Below are positions 54,687 through 64,000 of a stretch of DNA of 64,000 bases, in pieces (position 1 is the stretch's first letter; each line of letters begins with the position of its first letter). Source of the stretch: Pseudobdellovibrionaceae bacterium (lineage in GTDB: Bacteria; Bdellovibrionota; Bdellovibrionia; Bdellovibrionales; UBA1609); contig JABJQG010000003.1 of the NCBI GenBank assembly GCA_018663505.1, positions 100,883-164,882 on the forward strand, written 5' to 3'. A model generated the notes under the pieces. That model saw only the letters and a list, made by a program, of their open reading frames with translations, was not told the DNA's origin and did no database searches. The translations under genes were made by a program, and so were the position numbers.

Positions 54687-55568
54687 ATGACAACGGATTT
54701 TTCTGGTGTTTATACGGCACTTATAACCCCATTTAATAAGGGTGAAGTTGATTTTGATAGTTTAAAGTCTTTAATTGAGTTTCAAAAAACAAATGGGATT
54801 CAAGGGTTTGTGGTTAATGGCACTACAGCAGAAAGTCCCACATTAGATTTAGCTGAAGTTGAAAACATTTACAGATTTGTGCGTAAAGAATTTGACGGGA
54901 AAGTTATTGTAGGTACAGGATCTAATTCCACAAAAAAAACCATTGAGCTTACTGAAAAAGCCAAACAGTGGGGGGCAGATGGTGCTTTAGTTGTGACCCC
55001 TTATTATAATAAACCCACTCAGCAAGGCGTTGTTGCACATTTTAAAGCTGTGGCAAACTCTGTGGATATCCCAATTATTTTATATAATGTACCCACAAGA
55101 ACAATTACTCCTATAGATTTAGAAAGTATTCTGCAGCTCAGTGAGCACAAGAATATTGTTTCTGTAAAAGAATCTCAGGGTGATATGAATTTTTCTAAAA
55201 AGTTGATCACAAAACTGGATCCTAGTTTTCAGGTACTCAGTGGAGATGATGTTACTTGTTTTGAGCAGATGCTTTTGGGTGGTGTTGGTGTTATATCGGT
55301 GATTTCACATTTGATTCCAAAACAGTTTAATGAGCTGTGTGTGAAAGCTAGAAATAAAGATGATTCATATATTGCCGATTATAATAAATATAGTGAGCTT
55401 CTAAAGCAATTATATATAGTATCAAATCCAATACCTGTTAAAGCGGCATTAAAACATATGGACATTATTGCTTCTGCAGAAATGCGGTTGCCTTTAATTG
55501 AGCTGGATGAAGAAAATAGTGCTAATATGAAAAACACATTAGATGGCTTAGGTCTTTTAGGGAATTAA
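54687..55568 (+). CDS. dapA: 4-hydroxy-tetrahydrodipicolinate synthase
   Basis: GTTAES, PYYNKP, LYNVP, VKE Schiff-base Lys, NPIPVK. Confidence 0.95.
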   Translation: MTTDFSGVYTALITPFNKGEVDFDSLKSLIEFQKTNGIQGFVVNGTTAESPTLDLAEVENIYRFVRKEFDGKVIVGTGSNSTKKTIELTEKAKQWGADGALVVTPYYNKPTQQGVVAHFKAVANSVDIPIILYNVPTRTITPIDLESILQLSEHKNIVSVKESQGDMNFSKKLITKLDPSFQVLSGDDVTCFEQMLLGGVGVISVISHLIPKQFNELCVKARNKDDSYIADYNKYSELLKQLYIVSNPIPVKAALKHMDIIASAEMRLPLIELDEENSANMKNTLDGLGLLGN

Positions 55569-55569
55569 A

Positions 55570-56238
55570 ATGAAAAAAGTTTTGTTATCAGGTGCCACTG
55601 GAAAAATGGGTTTAGAAATTCAACATATCATTAGTGGTGAAAATGATTTAGTGTTGGCAAAAGGGTTTTCTAAAGGTGACAGTTTAGGTGACTTTACTGA
55701 CAACGCAGATTTACTTATAGATTTTTCTAATCCAGATTTTTTTGAACAAGCTTTAGAATACTGTCTCAAAAATAATATTGCATTTATTTCTGGAACGACG
55801 GGTTTGTTAGATAAACATTTCCAACAACTTAGTAAGGCCTCGGAGAGTATAGCCGTTTTATGGGCGCCTAATATGAGTGTTGGAGTGCATTTAATGAGTG
55901 AAATGTTTCGAGTTTTTGAAGAAAATAAAAACTTTGATTTTCAAATTGAAGAAATCCATCATAAACACAAGGTTGATGCCCCTAGTGGAACTGCTAAATT
56001 TCTACAGAAACAAATTGAATCACATGGCATAAAAACAGTTGATGCACCTGTGGCCTTAAGAGGTGGCGGAGTGTTTGGTGTTCACCAACTATTTGCTTTT
56101 TCTGAAGAAGAAGTTTTAAGTATAAAGCATGAGGCTTTAAACAGAACTGTTTTTGCTAAAGGAGCTGTGCGTGCAGCTATTTGGCTGGCAAAACAGCCCA
56201 AGGGACTTTACGAATTTAAAAACGTTTTGGGATTTTAA
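55570..56238 (+). CDS. dapB: 4-hydroxy-tetrahydrodipicolinate reductase
   Basis: GATGKMG, GTTG, EIHHKHKVDAPSGTA. Confidence 0.95.
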   Translation: MKKVLLSGATGKMGLEIQHIISGENDLVLAKGFSKGDSLGDFTDNADLLIDFSNPDFFEQALEYCLKNNIAFISGTTGLLDKHFQQLSKASESIAVLWAPNMSVGVHLMSEMFRVFEENKNFDFQIEEIHHKHKVDAPSGTAKFLQKQIESHGIKTVDAPVALRGGGVFGVHQLFAFSEEEVLSIKHEALNRTVFAKGAVRAAIWLAKQPKGLYEFKNVLGF

Positions 56239-56240
56239 GA

Positions 56241-56762
56241 ATGGCACAGGAAAAAAATGCACTAATTACAGTAGTTTCTTACTTAACTACAGACCAAACA
56301 GTGTTAAAGACAGTTTTAGGTTACTTAAAAGATTATATTGATATTGAAAAGATATCTTCTGTATATCAGGTGATGGGAAAACCTTTAAATATCTCTAGTG
56401 TGCATGATATACGCTCTACAGAAAGTTATCGTGGATTATGTGTTTGTTTAAAATGTTCCACAACACTTGAGGCTAGGGAATTAGTAAATAAAATCAGTGT
56501 AATTCTTGAAAAATCCCCTAACAGAATAAGGAAAGAAATTAAGATTTACTTACTGGCTTTTGAGGCGCAAACAAAAATGACTCAAGATTTAAGTTTGCCC
56601 TTTCCTGAATGGCACAATCGCCCAGAGTTGATTGTACCTGCTGCAGATATCTGGCACGATTATAATCATCCTGTGCTTAATGAAACCATTGGTCATTTAG
56701 CTAAAAAATATCAATTGGATAACTGGGGTGAGTTTTTCACACAAGGTGATGAATTAGTTTAA
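56241..56762 (+). CDS. Degenerate FolK/HPPK-fold protein
   Basis: ISSVY, IYLLAF, LSLPFPEWHNR..LIVP.ADI..D..HP match the HPPK scaffold; catalytic motifs absent. Confidence 0.6.
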   Translation: MAQEKNALITVVSYLTTDQTVLKTVLGYLKDYIDIEKISSVYQVMGKPLNISSVHDIRSTESYRGLCVCLKCSTTLEARELVNKISVILEKSPNRIRKEIKIYLLAFEAQTKMTQDLSLPFPEWHNRPELIVPAADIWHDYNHPVLNETIGHLAKKYQLDNWGEFFTQGDELV

Positions 56763-56786
56763 GTACAGCGTTTAAAGGAGAGAAAA

Positions 56787-57425
56787 ATGAAATTTTTTAT
56801 AGATACAGCAGACATTGAAGAAATTAAATTAGCCAACAAAATGGGAATACTTGATGGTGTGACAACAAATCCATCTTTAATTGCTAAGACAGGAAGAGAT
56901 CATTTTGAAGTGATTACAGAAATTTGTAAAGAAATTTCGGGGCCAGTTTCAGCTGAAGTATTAAGTCTTGATGCTGAAGGAATATACAAAGAAGGGCTGG
57001 AATTAGCTAAGATTGCTGACAATGTGGTGATTAAAGTTCCTATGGGTGAGTCGGCCATGCCTGCTGTTAAGCGTTTTGCCGCTGATGGTATTAAAACCAA
57101 TGTGACTTTGATTTTCTCAGCTGTTCAAGCCTTACTGGTAGCTAAGGCTGGAGCAACTTATGTGTCTCCTTTTGTTGGTCGTTTAGATGACATTGGAAAC
57201 GAAGGAATGCTACTTATTGAGCAAATTCGTCAAATTTTTACGAATTATGATTTTGCTACAGAGATTTTGGTGGCAAGCATTAGAAGCCCTCAACATATTT
57301 TAGATTCGGCAATCATTGGAGCGGATGTTGCCACAGTTCCATTAAAAGTTATTTCGCAACTATCACAACATCCTTTAACTGATCGAGGGATTGAACAATT
57401 TCTTAAAGATGCAGGCGCTCATTGA
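56787..57425 (+). CDS. fsa: Fructose-6-phosphate aldolase/transaldolase
   Basis: [29 protein letters not shown]. Confidence 0.9.
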   Translation: MKFFIDTADIEEIKLANKMGILDGVTTNPSLIAKTGRDHFEVITEICKEISGPVSAEVLSLDAEGIYKEGLELAKIADNVVIKVPMGESAMPAVKRFAADGIKTNVTLIFSAVQALLVAKAGATYVSPFVGRLDDIGNEGMLLIEQIRQIFTNYDFATEILVASIRSPQHILDSAIIGADVATVPLKVISQLSQHPLTDRGIEQFLKDAGAH

Positions 57426-57883
57426 TGAAATTAGTGAAATTAATTTTCGTACTAAATTTAGTCCACACCATATTAGGTTGTGCAAATCACGCAATGAGTG
57501 TTGATGGAATAAATAACCCTTTAGTTCAAATTAAAGCGAGTGTTATTAAAAGCTTACCTTTGGGTCTTAGAAAGAGCAGTATTAACGGGAGAGAGTTTGA
57601 GTCTAAATTTTATGTTGTTAAAGGTAAAAAAGCGGTGGCCGCAAAGAGCCGGCCATTAAGAAATATGGCTAGAATTACCATTTTGGGAGACCGAAGGCCT
57701 TATACCATTGAGGTTAAGGTCTTTGTGCAAAAAAGAGTTGGGTATTCTGATATAAATGGTCATGTATATAAAAATTTAAGATATGATAAACAGCAGGCTA
57801 GACATATAGCCCAAGGTATTAAAAAAAGGCTAACCAATCGTCGGGAAGATATGAACGTTATTGACGATTTCCGTGTATTTTAA
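57425..57883 (+). CDS. Basic hypothetical lipoprotein
   Basis: Lipobox LGC; C-terminal IDDFRVF. Confidence 0.7.
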   Translation: MKLVKLIFVLNLVHTILGCANHAMSVDGINNPLVQIKASVIKSLPLGLRKSSINGREFESKFYVVKGKKAVAAKSRPLRNMARITILGDRRPYTIEVKVFVQKRVGYSDINGHVYKNLRYDKQQARHIAQGIKKRLTNRREDMNVIDDFRVF

Positions 57884-57927
57884 ATATGATGGAGCTGTAG
57901 ATCAAATAAACCTAAGGACGGGTATTT

Positions 57928-60090
57928 TTGAAAAAAAAATTCGGTGGATTTTCACAATTAGCTTTAATTTTGGGTTTAGTATTACCCCAATTAACGGCTT
58001 TAAAAAAAGATGACTTTCGTGGTGTGGCTCAAGCCCTCACCATTCAGTTACCTACTGCCACTCCTGTTTATGCTGCATTTTACGATAGTCTAGATATTAG
58101 CTTTACTATGCGAGAGCAAAGTATGGAAAATCTGCAAGAGTTAGAAATTAGTGAGAGTTTTCTTCCTGTTTTTAGAGGAAAGAAAATAGAGACAATTATA
58201 GCCAGTTCAAAAAGTACTCGATCCTCTATTTCTCAGAAACAGTGGCAGCCATTAAAAGGCATAGAGGTTTCTGCGGCTTTACCAATTAAACAACAAAGAC
58301 CAAAAGTTTTAAGCGCAGAAGAATATGGAAAAATAAATAATTCACCAGCAAGTACCGTGAATAATGCACTTCCATTTAATCTTGCTGAGACTATTGGACA
58401 AAATAAAAAACCAAAAGTGAATGAAATGGATTATGTCACAAGAGTTAATTATCTTGTTGGCGAACAACTAAAGTCAGCTTCAAAAAATCCTTCCACAAAA
58501 TTTTCAGGTGTATATATTAGTAGAACGAAGAAAAACAAAGAGGAAATACAATCACATGGACAAGCTGGCACAGAGAAAGCCAATGATGAGGAGTCAGTAG
58601 GCCTATTTGGTAATCAAGAGCAAGTGGAATATTATGAGCCACGATCAGTAAGTGGAGTTATTCGCCTTAAAGATGGCATTTTGTTTACAGGTAGAAATTT
58701 AGTTATTAGCCAATATTATGGCAACCAAAGAATGGCTTCTGGATATATAAAAGTAGAAGATGAAGTTAGCTTTAATATATCTCTGAATGGTGCTTTGGGT
58801 TATGTTGTGGGTGAAATTTTTAATGATGAAGGCGAATTATTAGGTTATGGCGAATTAAAAATAAAAGATTTACCAGCATTAGGAAGTAACGAAGATCAAG
58901 TTAGAGATGTGGAGCTAGTTTTAAAATCTATTAAAGCTGGAATTCGTGGACAGGTCATTTCGGCATATAGTTATAAAGATGATATTCAGTTGGTAGATGG
59001 CCTGCAGCTTCTCAGTTACGATGGCGCCGAACCCATCGTCGTTAAAAGTGATGGGGGATTCGAAATATTAAATGTAGAAAGAAATTCCTCTTTAGTCGTG
59101 CAGGCAAAAGCACCTCATCACTGGGGAGCCTTAAGTTTAGTGCATGAGGGTGTTAAACAGCAAATCCAAATGTTTCATAAAAACTATTTAAAATCATTTT
59201 TAGACCAAGTCACTAAAGGCGAACTCAGTTTAGAAGATATTAGTGAGTTTGGAATTATTTGGGGTCAAGTTTCAAAAGAAGGAAAGCCTCAAAGTAATAT
59301 AAAAGTGGAAATAGCTGGCGAGTATATGAAGCCAATATACTTTTCTGGATTCTTGCCAGATCTTGAAAGAGATAGCACATCTGATAATGGTTTCTTTGTT
59401 TTTATCAATGTCCCAAAGGGTATGAAGTTAGTTAGAACTTATGAAGAAGTGGGAGATCGTGTCACTTATAACCCAGCCACAATATTACCAGTGGCAGCGG
59501 AACATGTGTCATATGTAGATATTGAAGTGAATAATCAAGAACAAATTACCGGTGAAATTGTGAAATTCACCAACGAACTTCAGCCACTAAGTGGGGATTT
59601 ACAGGTAGTTGGCTCCGGACAATCTATTGGTTTTAATAAAAATTTATTTGAAATTGAAGTAGAAGCTACAAATAAAGGTCACTATGTAGAAATAGATGCT
59701 GGTGAAGAATATGAATTGTCACAGGTTTGGATGCCAAAAAATTCAAGACATACCATTATACCGGTCATGGAAAAAGCATGGGTGAATCAAATGGCAGCAA
59801 AAATTGGTGTACCCATAGAAAGTGATAAAGGTATTGCTATTGGATTTATGGATAACACACGTTATGAAATAGAAGTAGTGAACGATGATTTAAATCAAGA
59901 AATGCAAATTGTTTTTTTTAATCATAGAGGTGAATTTCATTCCACAACTGAACCAGCTATTGATGGTGGTTTTATACTCTTTAATTTAGAAAAAGGTTAT
60001 AATCAAATTTCCGTGAATTTAGAAAATGCAACGGATTCTAAATACCTTAAAGCTTTGATGATTTCACCAGAAGTGCTTTCGATATTTTAA
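57928..60090 (+). CDS. Large exported hypothetical protein with several beta-sandwich (carboxypeptidase-regulatory-like) domains
   Basis: N-terminal hydrophobic segment; IRGQV, IWGQV...TSDNGFFVFINVPKG patterns. Confidence 0.7.
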   Translation: MKKKFGGFSQLALILGLVLPQLTALKKDDFRGVAQALTIQLPTATPVYAAFYDSLDISFTMREQSMENLQELEISESFLPVFRGKKIETIIASSKSTRSSISQKQWQPLKGIEVSAALPIKQQRPKVLSAEEYGKINNSPASTVNNALPFNLAETIGQNKKPKVNEMDYVTRVNYLVGEQLKSASKNPSTKFSGVYISRTKKNKEEIQSHGQAGTEKANDEESVGLFGNQEQVEYYEPRSVSGVIRLKDGILFTGRNLVISQYYGNQRMASGYIKVEDEVSFNISLNGALGYVVGEIFNDEGELLGYGELKIKDLPALGSNEDQVRDVELVLKSIKAGIRGQVISAYSYKDDIQLVDGLQLLSYDGAEPIVVKSDGGFEILNVERNSSLVVQAKAPHHWGALSLVHEGVKQQIQMFHKNYLKSFLDQVTKGELSLEDISEFGIIWGQVSKEGKPQSNIKVEIAGEYMKPIYFSGFLPDLERDSTSDNGFFVFINVPKGMKLVRTYEEVGDRVTYNPATILPVAAEHVSYVDIEVNNQEQITGEIVKFTNELQPLSGDLQVVGSGQSIGFNKNLFEIEVEATNKGHYVEIDAGEEYELSQVWMPKNSRHTIIPVMEKAWVNQMAAKIGVPIESDKGIAIGFMDNTRYEIEVVNDDLNQEMQIVFFNHRGEFHSTTEPAIDGGFILFNLEKGYNQISVNLENATDSKYLKALMISPEVLSIF

Positions 60091-60252
60091 ATTTTGAATA
60101 TAGAATTTGAATTTATTGTAGAGTAAGTCTTAATGTTTTTTGAATTCAGTTATTTCGGATCTCGCACTAATGAAGCGAAGGCTTTGTCTATACAAAAAGA
60201 CAAAGTGCATCTGAAAAAATGCCTGACAACTTTTTAAAAATTGAACCTAAGC

Positions 60253-61257
60253 TTACCACCTTGGATTATCGGGTTCAAAATGAGAGCTATTTATAAGATC
60301 TATCAAAAAGTTCGATGTTTGACTGCCTGCCTCCCACTCGAGAACTCTATTCATTAAAGAAATTTGAGCGAGTAAACTAAGTGAGCTTAGATTTTCTGAT
60401 TTTGAGATTCTTTGAAGAAAGTCATTAGCTTCCTTTTCTGTTCTTTGTGAATACTCACTTTTTCCTTCGGGTCGGCTTTTAATATGTACAAATGTGGTCG
60501 TATCTCGAAATTCTACTCTTATGTATAGGTATCCTCCCTGATACAATCCCTTTTGAAACTGAAGTTGATAACCTTGCTCAACTTTATGCCAACTTGAGTA
60601 CTCTAAATTTAAATGATCAGCTAAGTTGTCTTTATAAATTGGAAAACGAGGAATAAAATTACTTTCTATCCAACTGCTTCTAATTCGAAAAACTGAAACA
60701 CCATCTAAATACTTGGCAGCATAGTGGTGTAATTTACGAGGTAATATAAACACAGAGCTATCATTTGGGCGTAATCGTATCAACTCGCCTTCAAAGGCAT
60801 AAAGTTTGTCGCGATGTCTTAGTGCATGATGAAAGAAATTCTTATTATAAGTTTCACCCATGACGATTCCATTTATATCCGCCCACATATGTAAAATGGG
60901 TTCATCATAGGCTTCACCAAGAAGTTTAGCCTCTCCAGATTTTACAGCATTAAGGAATTCATTTTTAATCAATTCAGATTTTGCTTCAAAGATTTTGATT
61001 GAGTTTTTAGGTGAAATGTCAATAGTACCTGTAGCCCAACGAAGCCAGGGTATAATCCTAGAGCGCATAGGTAAGATTTGTACCTCATCATAATCCTTAG
61101 AATTAAAATCGTGAGGACTTCTTGCTCCAAAAATTGCATCAGGTGATTTATTGGAATTCTCTACTTGGGAAAAAGTTTGTATACAGGTTTTTGCCCATAT
61201 TTGCGGACTTATGTATAGAATACTGACAATTAACAGCGTTAACAATGTAGGTTTCAT
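60253..61257 (-). CDS. Secreted hypothetical protein
   Basis: AAGGAG RBS; signal peptide ending IWA followed by KTC. Confidence 0.75.
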   Translation of the reverse strand: MKPTLLTLLIVSILYISPQIWAKTCIQTFSQVENSNKSPDAIFGARSPHDFNSKDYDEVQILPMRSRIIPWLRWATGTIDISPKNSIKIFEAKSELIKNEFLNAVKSGEAKLLGEAYDEPILHMWADINGIVMGETYNKNFFHHALRHRDKLYAFEGELIRLRPNDSSVFILPRKLHHYAAKYLDGVSVFRIRSSWIESNFIPRFPIYKDNLADHLNLEYSSWHKVEQGYQLQFQKGLYQGGYLYIRVEFRDTTTFVHIKSRPEGKSEYSQRTEKEANDFLQRISKSENLSSLSLLAQISLMNRVLEWEAGSQTSNFLIDLINSSHFEPDNPRW

Positions 61258-61520
61258 ATTTATTCTCCTTATAGTTTAGTAACTACAAGAACAATGCCAT
61301 GTTATTCTTAATAATTAAGCATGTATACAAATTTACATATTACTCATGCCTGATTATTTTTTTTCATAAAGTTGAGTGTTATTTTTGTAATAAGCATTAC
61401 ATTGTATATAAGTATATATGAGATCTTAACTTCAGTAGTTCTCGAACAACTGAAGTTAAGTAATATACTCCAATAACATGACTAAGTGCATCCGCAAAAG
61501 ATGCCTGGCACCTTATGTGT

Positions 61521-62195
61521 TTATAGGGAGGCTCTACAGGAAGTGTAGTTATTAAAAATAGCTCCATTTTTGGAAACGCTTTTTGATGAAAAATTATATA
61601 AAAATGCGACCCATGGGGCTCTTCCATCGTTATCTTTAGGAGCACAAGTTCCAAAAACACTTCGAGTTTCGATACCGTCAGCTATTGCAGTGGCACAAGA
61701 TCTATTGCTTGAGTAAGTCATACTTAGCTTTGTAGCAGTTAGATTTGAGACTGTAAAAATAGAATAAGGGCTTCTTCCGTCCCTATCAGTGGGAGCGCAA
61801 ATAATGGTTTCGCTATTATTTTTGAGAACTCTTTTTTTACTGATTGCAGCAGTACAAGAGGTTTTAGTCGCAAAAACTATACCCGGGATTTTTGTTGTAA
61901 TTAAGGTATCAGTATTTTTGGCGGCAAGACTATAGGGGTTTCTACCATCATCATCTTTAGGAACACATGTGTAAGTAAAACGGGGATTGGGCTGTCGGTC
62001 ATCTCTGCCTATTAATATATTGAGAGATTGTCTAAGATGTTTCCTGGCATTTTTTAATTCTTGATCTGATGCATCCGTATTATCCAGTTCAATATCAATT
62101 TTATCCATAATATTTCGCATACGAGCTATGGTTCTTTCGTTGGCTTGAAGTTGAAAAGTTGCTGATAAAATAAACATAATTATTGTAAGCTTCAT
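61521..62195 (-). CDS. Secreted protein with three CxPxDxDGRxP repeats
   Basis: Signal peptide, helical N-part, three ~51-56 aa two-Cys repeats; AAGGGGG RBS. Confidence 0.85.
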   Translation of the reverse strand: MKLTIIMFILSATFQLQANERTIARMRNIMDKIDIELDNTDASDQELKNARKHLRQSLNILIGRDDRQPNPRFTYTCVPKDDDGRNPYSLAAKNTDTLITTKIPGIVFATKTSCTAAISKKRVLKNNSETIICAPTDRDGRSPYSIFTVSNLTATKLSMTYSSNRSCATAIADGIETRSVFGTCAPKDNDGRAPWVAFLYNFSSKSVSKNGAIFNNYTSCRASL

Positions 62196-62415
62196 ATTTC
62201 CCCCTTATGGAATGACCGTGTAAAAATTACATGGGCATTCTGTAGAGTCAAGGAGTCTGGCTATATGTGGGAATAAGTATATGAAGTGAGTACAAGTATG
62301 GGTCGTTAGCAAAGTCTTAGAGGCATTTTTGAGCTATGAATCTCCCATGGATGGAAAACTATCAATTTTGCACTAAAAGCTCAAAAGTTCTTACTCATAA
62401 ACCCATCTAATAAAA

Positions 62416-63894
62416 TTATAGTTGCTTTTCTGTTGTTGGGATAAAAAGTTCGAACCCCTTTGGTAGGTGAACATTAGCTTTTATGGCTTTTTTAAGATCG
62501 AGATTGTGTTTAACAAGAGTCTTAAGGTTTAATTTTAAGTTTTTTGCTATATTTTTAACACGACTTTTCTTATTCACTGTTATGCTTTGTAGATTTAAGG
62601 TTGTGGTATCATTAGGAACATTGAAATACTGTTCTTTATATTTTTCAGCGTGAAGCACAGCTAAGAAACAAGTGTAGAAATTACGAGAAGCAAATTTAAA
62701 ACTTGGAGAACTGTAATAGGAGATTAACTTGATTATAGATTTGGACTTAAGCTTTTTGACTCCTTTTCTAACGCCACCTACCCCATGATTGTAAGCAGTA
62801 ATAGCTAAAGGCCATGATCGTAGAATTCTATAATCACGTCGAAGATGTTTTCTCGCAAACTGGGTGGCTTTTAAAGGAGAATTTCTTTCATCAATATGCT
62901 TGTTTAAAATAAGAAACTCTTTTCCTGATCGAGGAATAATTTGCCATATGCCACTAGCTCCAACGCGACTAAAAGCGTCTACATTAAAACTAGATTCTAC
63001 AAAGGGAATTCTTGTGAGTTCTGTGGGTAAACCATAGTTCTCAAATTCTCTTTCCATCATAGGTAAAAAGGGGATACTTTTTAGTATTCCAGTTTGGATA
63101 AAGTTCTTTTGTCCCACTTGTGTACGAAACTTATATGCTGCTATTTTCAAATTTTTTCTTATTGGTCCTCGTATACCTTTTATAAGCTTATAGAGGTGTC
63201 TATCATAAGCATTAAGGTTCCTAAAATTTTTTCTTTTTGATAAAGCTAACAATCTATTTTTTAATTTTTTCTTTTCTTTTTTAACTAATTTTTCACCGCG
63301 TGATTTTTTTAACCAAGTGGGTCCTTTACCATTGTAAAAGGGCTTGATATCAATCACTTTGTATACCAACCAAGGGAATTTTGTGTGATGGAGGACGTAT
63401 TTGTCTGAATCATGCTTTGTATAGATATCAAACCAAAATCCAACTCGTTTTTTTAAACGTTTATGAATTTTAAAATCTTTGGAAATACGTTGATCCAAGT
63501 CATTAAGGACCTGTGCCTTACTGAATTTTTGGGAAACTTCAGGATCTAAGATTTGATTTTGAGGTGAAGGTGGAGCAATGGCTAAAACTTTAGCTTTCTT
63601 TAGCTTTACTATTTGTTTATTGATGGGTTGAGGCTTATTCCGTAAATTAGTAACTGTTTTTTTAGAAGCTTTGCGTTTTGAGGTTGCAATGGAGGAGGTT
63701 TTTAATTCAACTTGTTCTATGGTTTTTTTGAGGGGCTGAGTAGAGGCTGATTTGGCTTTGATCTCTAAATTATTGCTAGAAGATGGAGCTGTATAGAGCT
63801 GGTTGAGATATAAATTCTGTAGTCCTAAGGCGAAGCCCAAAAAGAGAGAAGTGTTTAAAAGTATGGATTTAGGGCTTTGGATTTGTTCTATCAT
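62416..63894 (-). CDS. Lytic murein transglycosylase (SLT/MltD-like, LysM-like C-terminus)
   Basis: VESSF catalytic Glu, GASGIWQI, AITAYNHG. Confidence 0.9.
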   Translation of the reverse strand: MIEQIQSPKSILLNTSLFLGFALGLQNLYLNQLYTAPSSSNNLEIKAKSASTQPLKKTIEQVELKTSSIATSKRKASKKTVTNLRNKPQPINKQIVKLKKAKVLAIAPPSPQNQILDPEVSQKFSKAQVLNDLDQRISKDFKIHKRLKKRVGFWFDIYTKHDSDKYVLHHTKFPWLVYKVIDIKPFYNGKGPTWLKKSRGEKLVKKEKKKLKNRLLALSKRKNFRNLNAYDRHLYKLIKGIRGPIRKNLKIAAYKFRTQVGQKNFIQTGILKSIPFLPMMEREFENYGLPTELTRIPFVESSFNVDAFSRVGASGIWQIIPRSGKEFLILNKHIDERNSPLKATQFARKHLRRDYRILRSWPLAITAYNHGVGGVRKGVKKLKSKSIIKLISYYSSPSFKFASRNFYTCFLAVLHAEKYKEQYFNVPNDTTTLNLQSITVNKKSRVKNIAKNLKLNLKTLVKHNLDLKKAIKANVHLPKGFELFIPTTEKQL

Positions 63895-63906
63895 AAGCCA
63901 TAAATT

Positions 63907-63922
63907 TGCAATAACTAGACCA
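63907..63922 (-). promoter_or_regulatory. Putative sigma54 promoter
   Basis: TGGTCTAGTTATTGCA (GG-N10-GC) 12 bp upstream of the ATG. Confidence 0.5.
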
Positions 63923-64000
63923 TGAAAATCTTGGATAAGAGTTGAGATTTTACATGTTTAGGTGGTTTTTTGCCAAATACAGTGTAAAATTTTTGATATG

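Noticed and set aside
60160-60185. Hammerhead-like CTAATGA...GAA
   Set aside because: The core deviates from CTGANGA/GAAA and the stems are not arranged correctly

Overview
This is the AT-rich chromosomal origin region of a bacterium that is most likely Bdellovibrionota-like, an inference from gene content and order. Left of oriC, on the minus strand, lie rpmH-rnpA-yidD-yidC-jag-mnmE-mnmG-rsmG, three perfect parS palindromes bracketing a lipoprotein gene, parA-parB-bactofilin, and atpF'-F-H-A. oriC (DnaA boxes, CTA DnaA-trios, AT-rich tract) sits between dnaA and dnaN. To its right lie dnaN-recF-gyrB-gyrA-TPR-atpZ-I-B-E, a SurA/PpiC-pdxA-phosphomannomutase cluster, etfBA, sdhCAB, a subtilase, rpsF-DUF2232-rplI (no rpsR), dnaB, queE, ftsK, dapA-dapB-folK-like-fsa, several orphan secreted proteins and a lytic transglycosylase. 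I saw no rRNA, tRNA, CRISPR array, transposase or prophage. The best leads are: a multi-stem candidate RNA with competing pairings upstream of the atpF' operon; an S6:S18-type leader with no rpsR beside it; two secreted proteins built from uncharacterised two-Cys repeats; a GC-rich hairpin cassette with a partial second copy 20 kb away; a degenerate FolK; and an aspartyl protease interrupted by an in-frame TAA. I cannot demonstrate a new system from sequence alone, so these remain hypotheses. All coordinates were read by eye, and several starts were adjusted from the ORF track.
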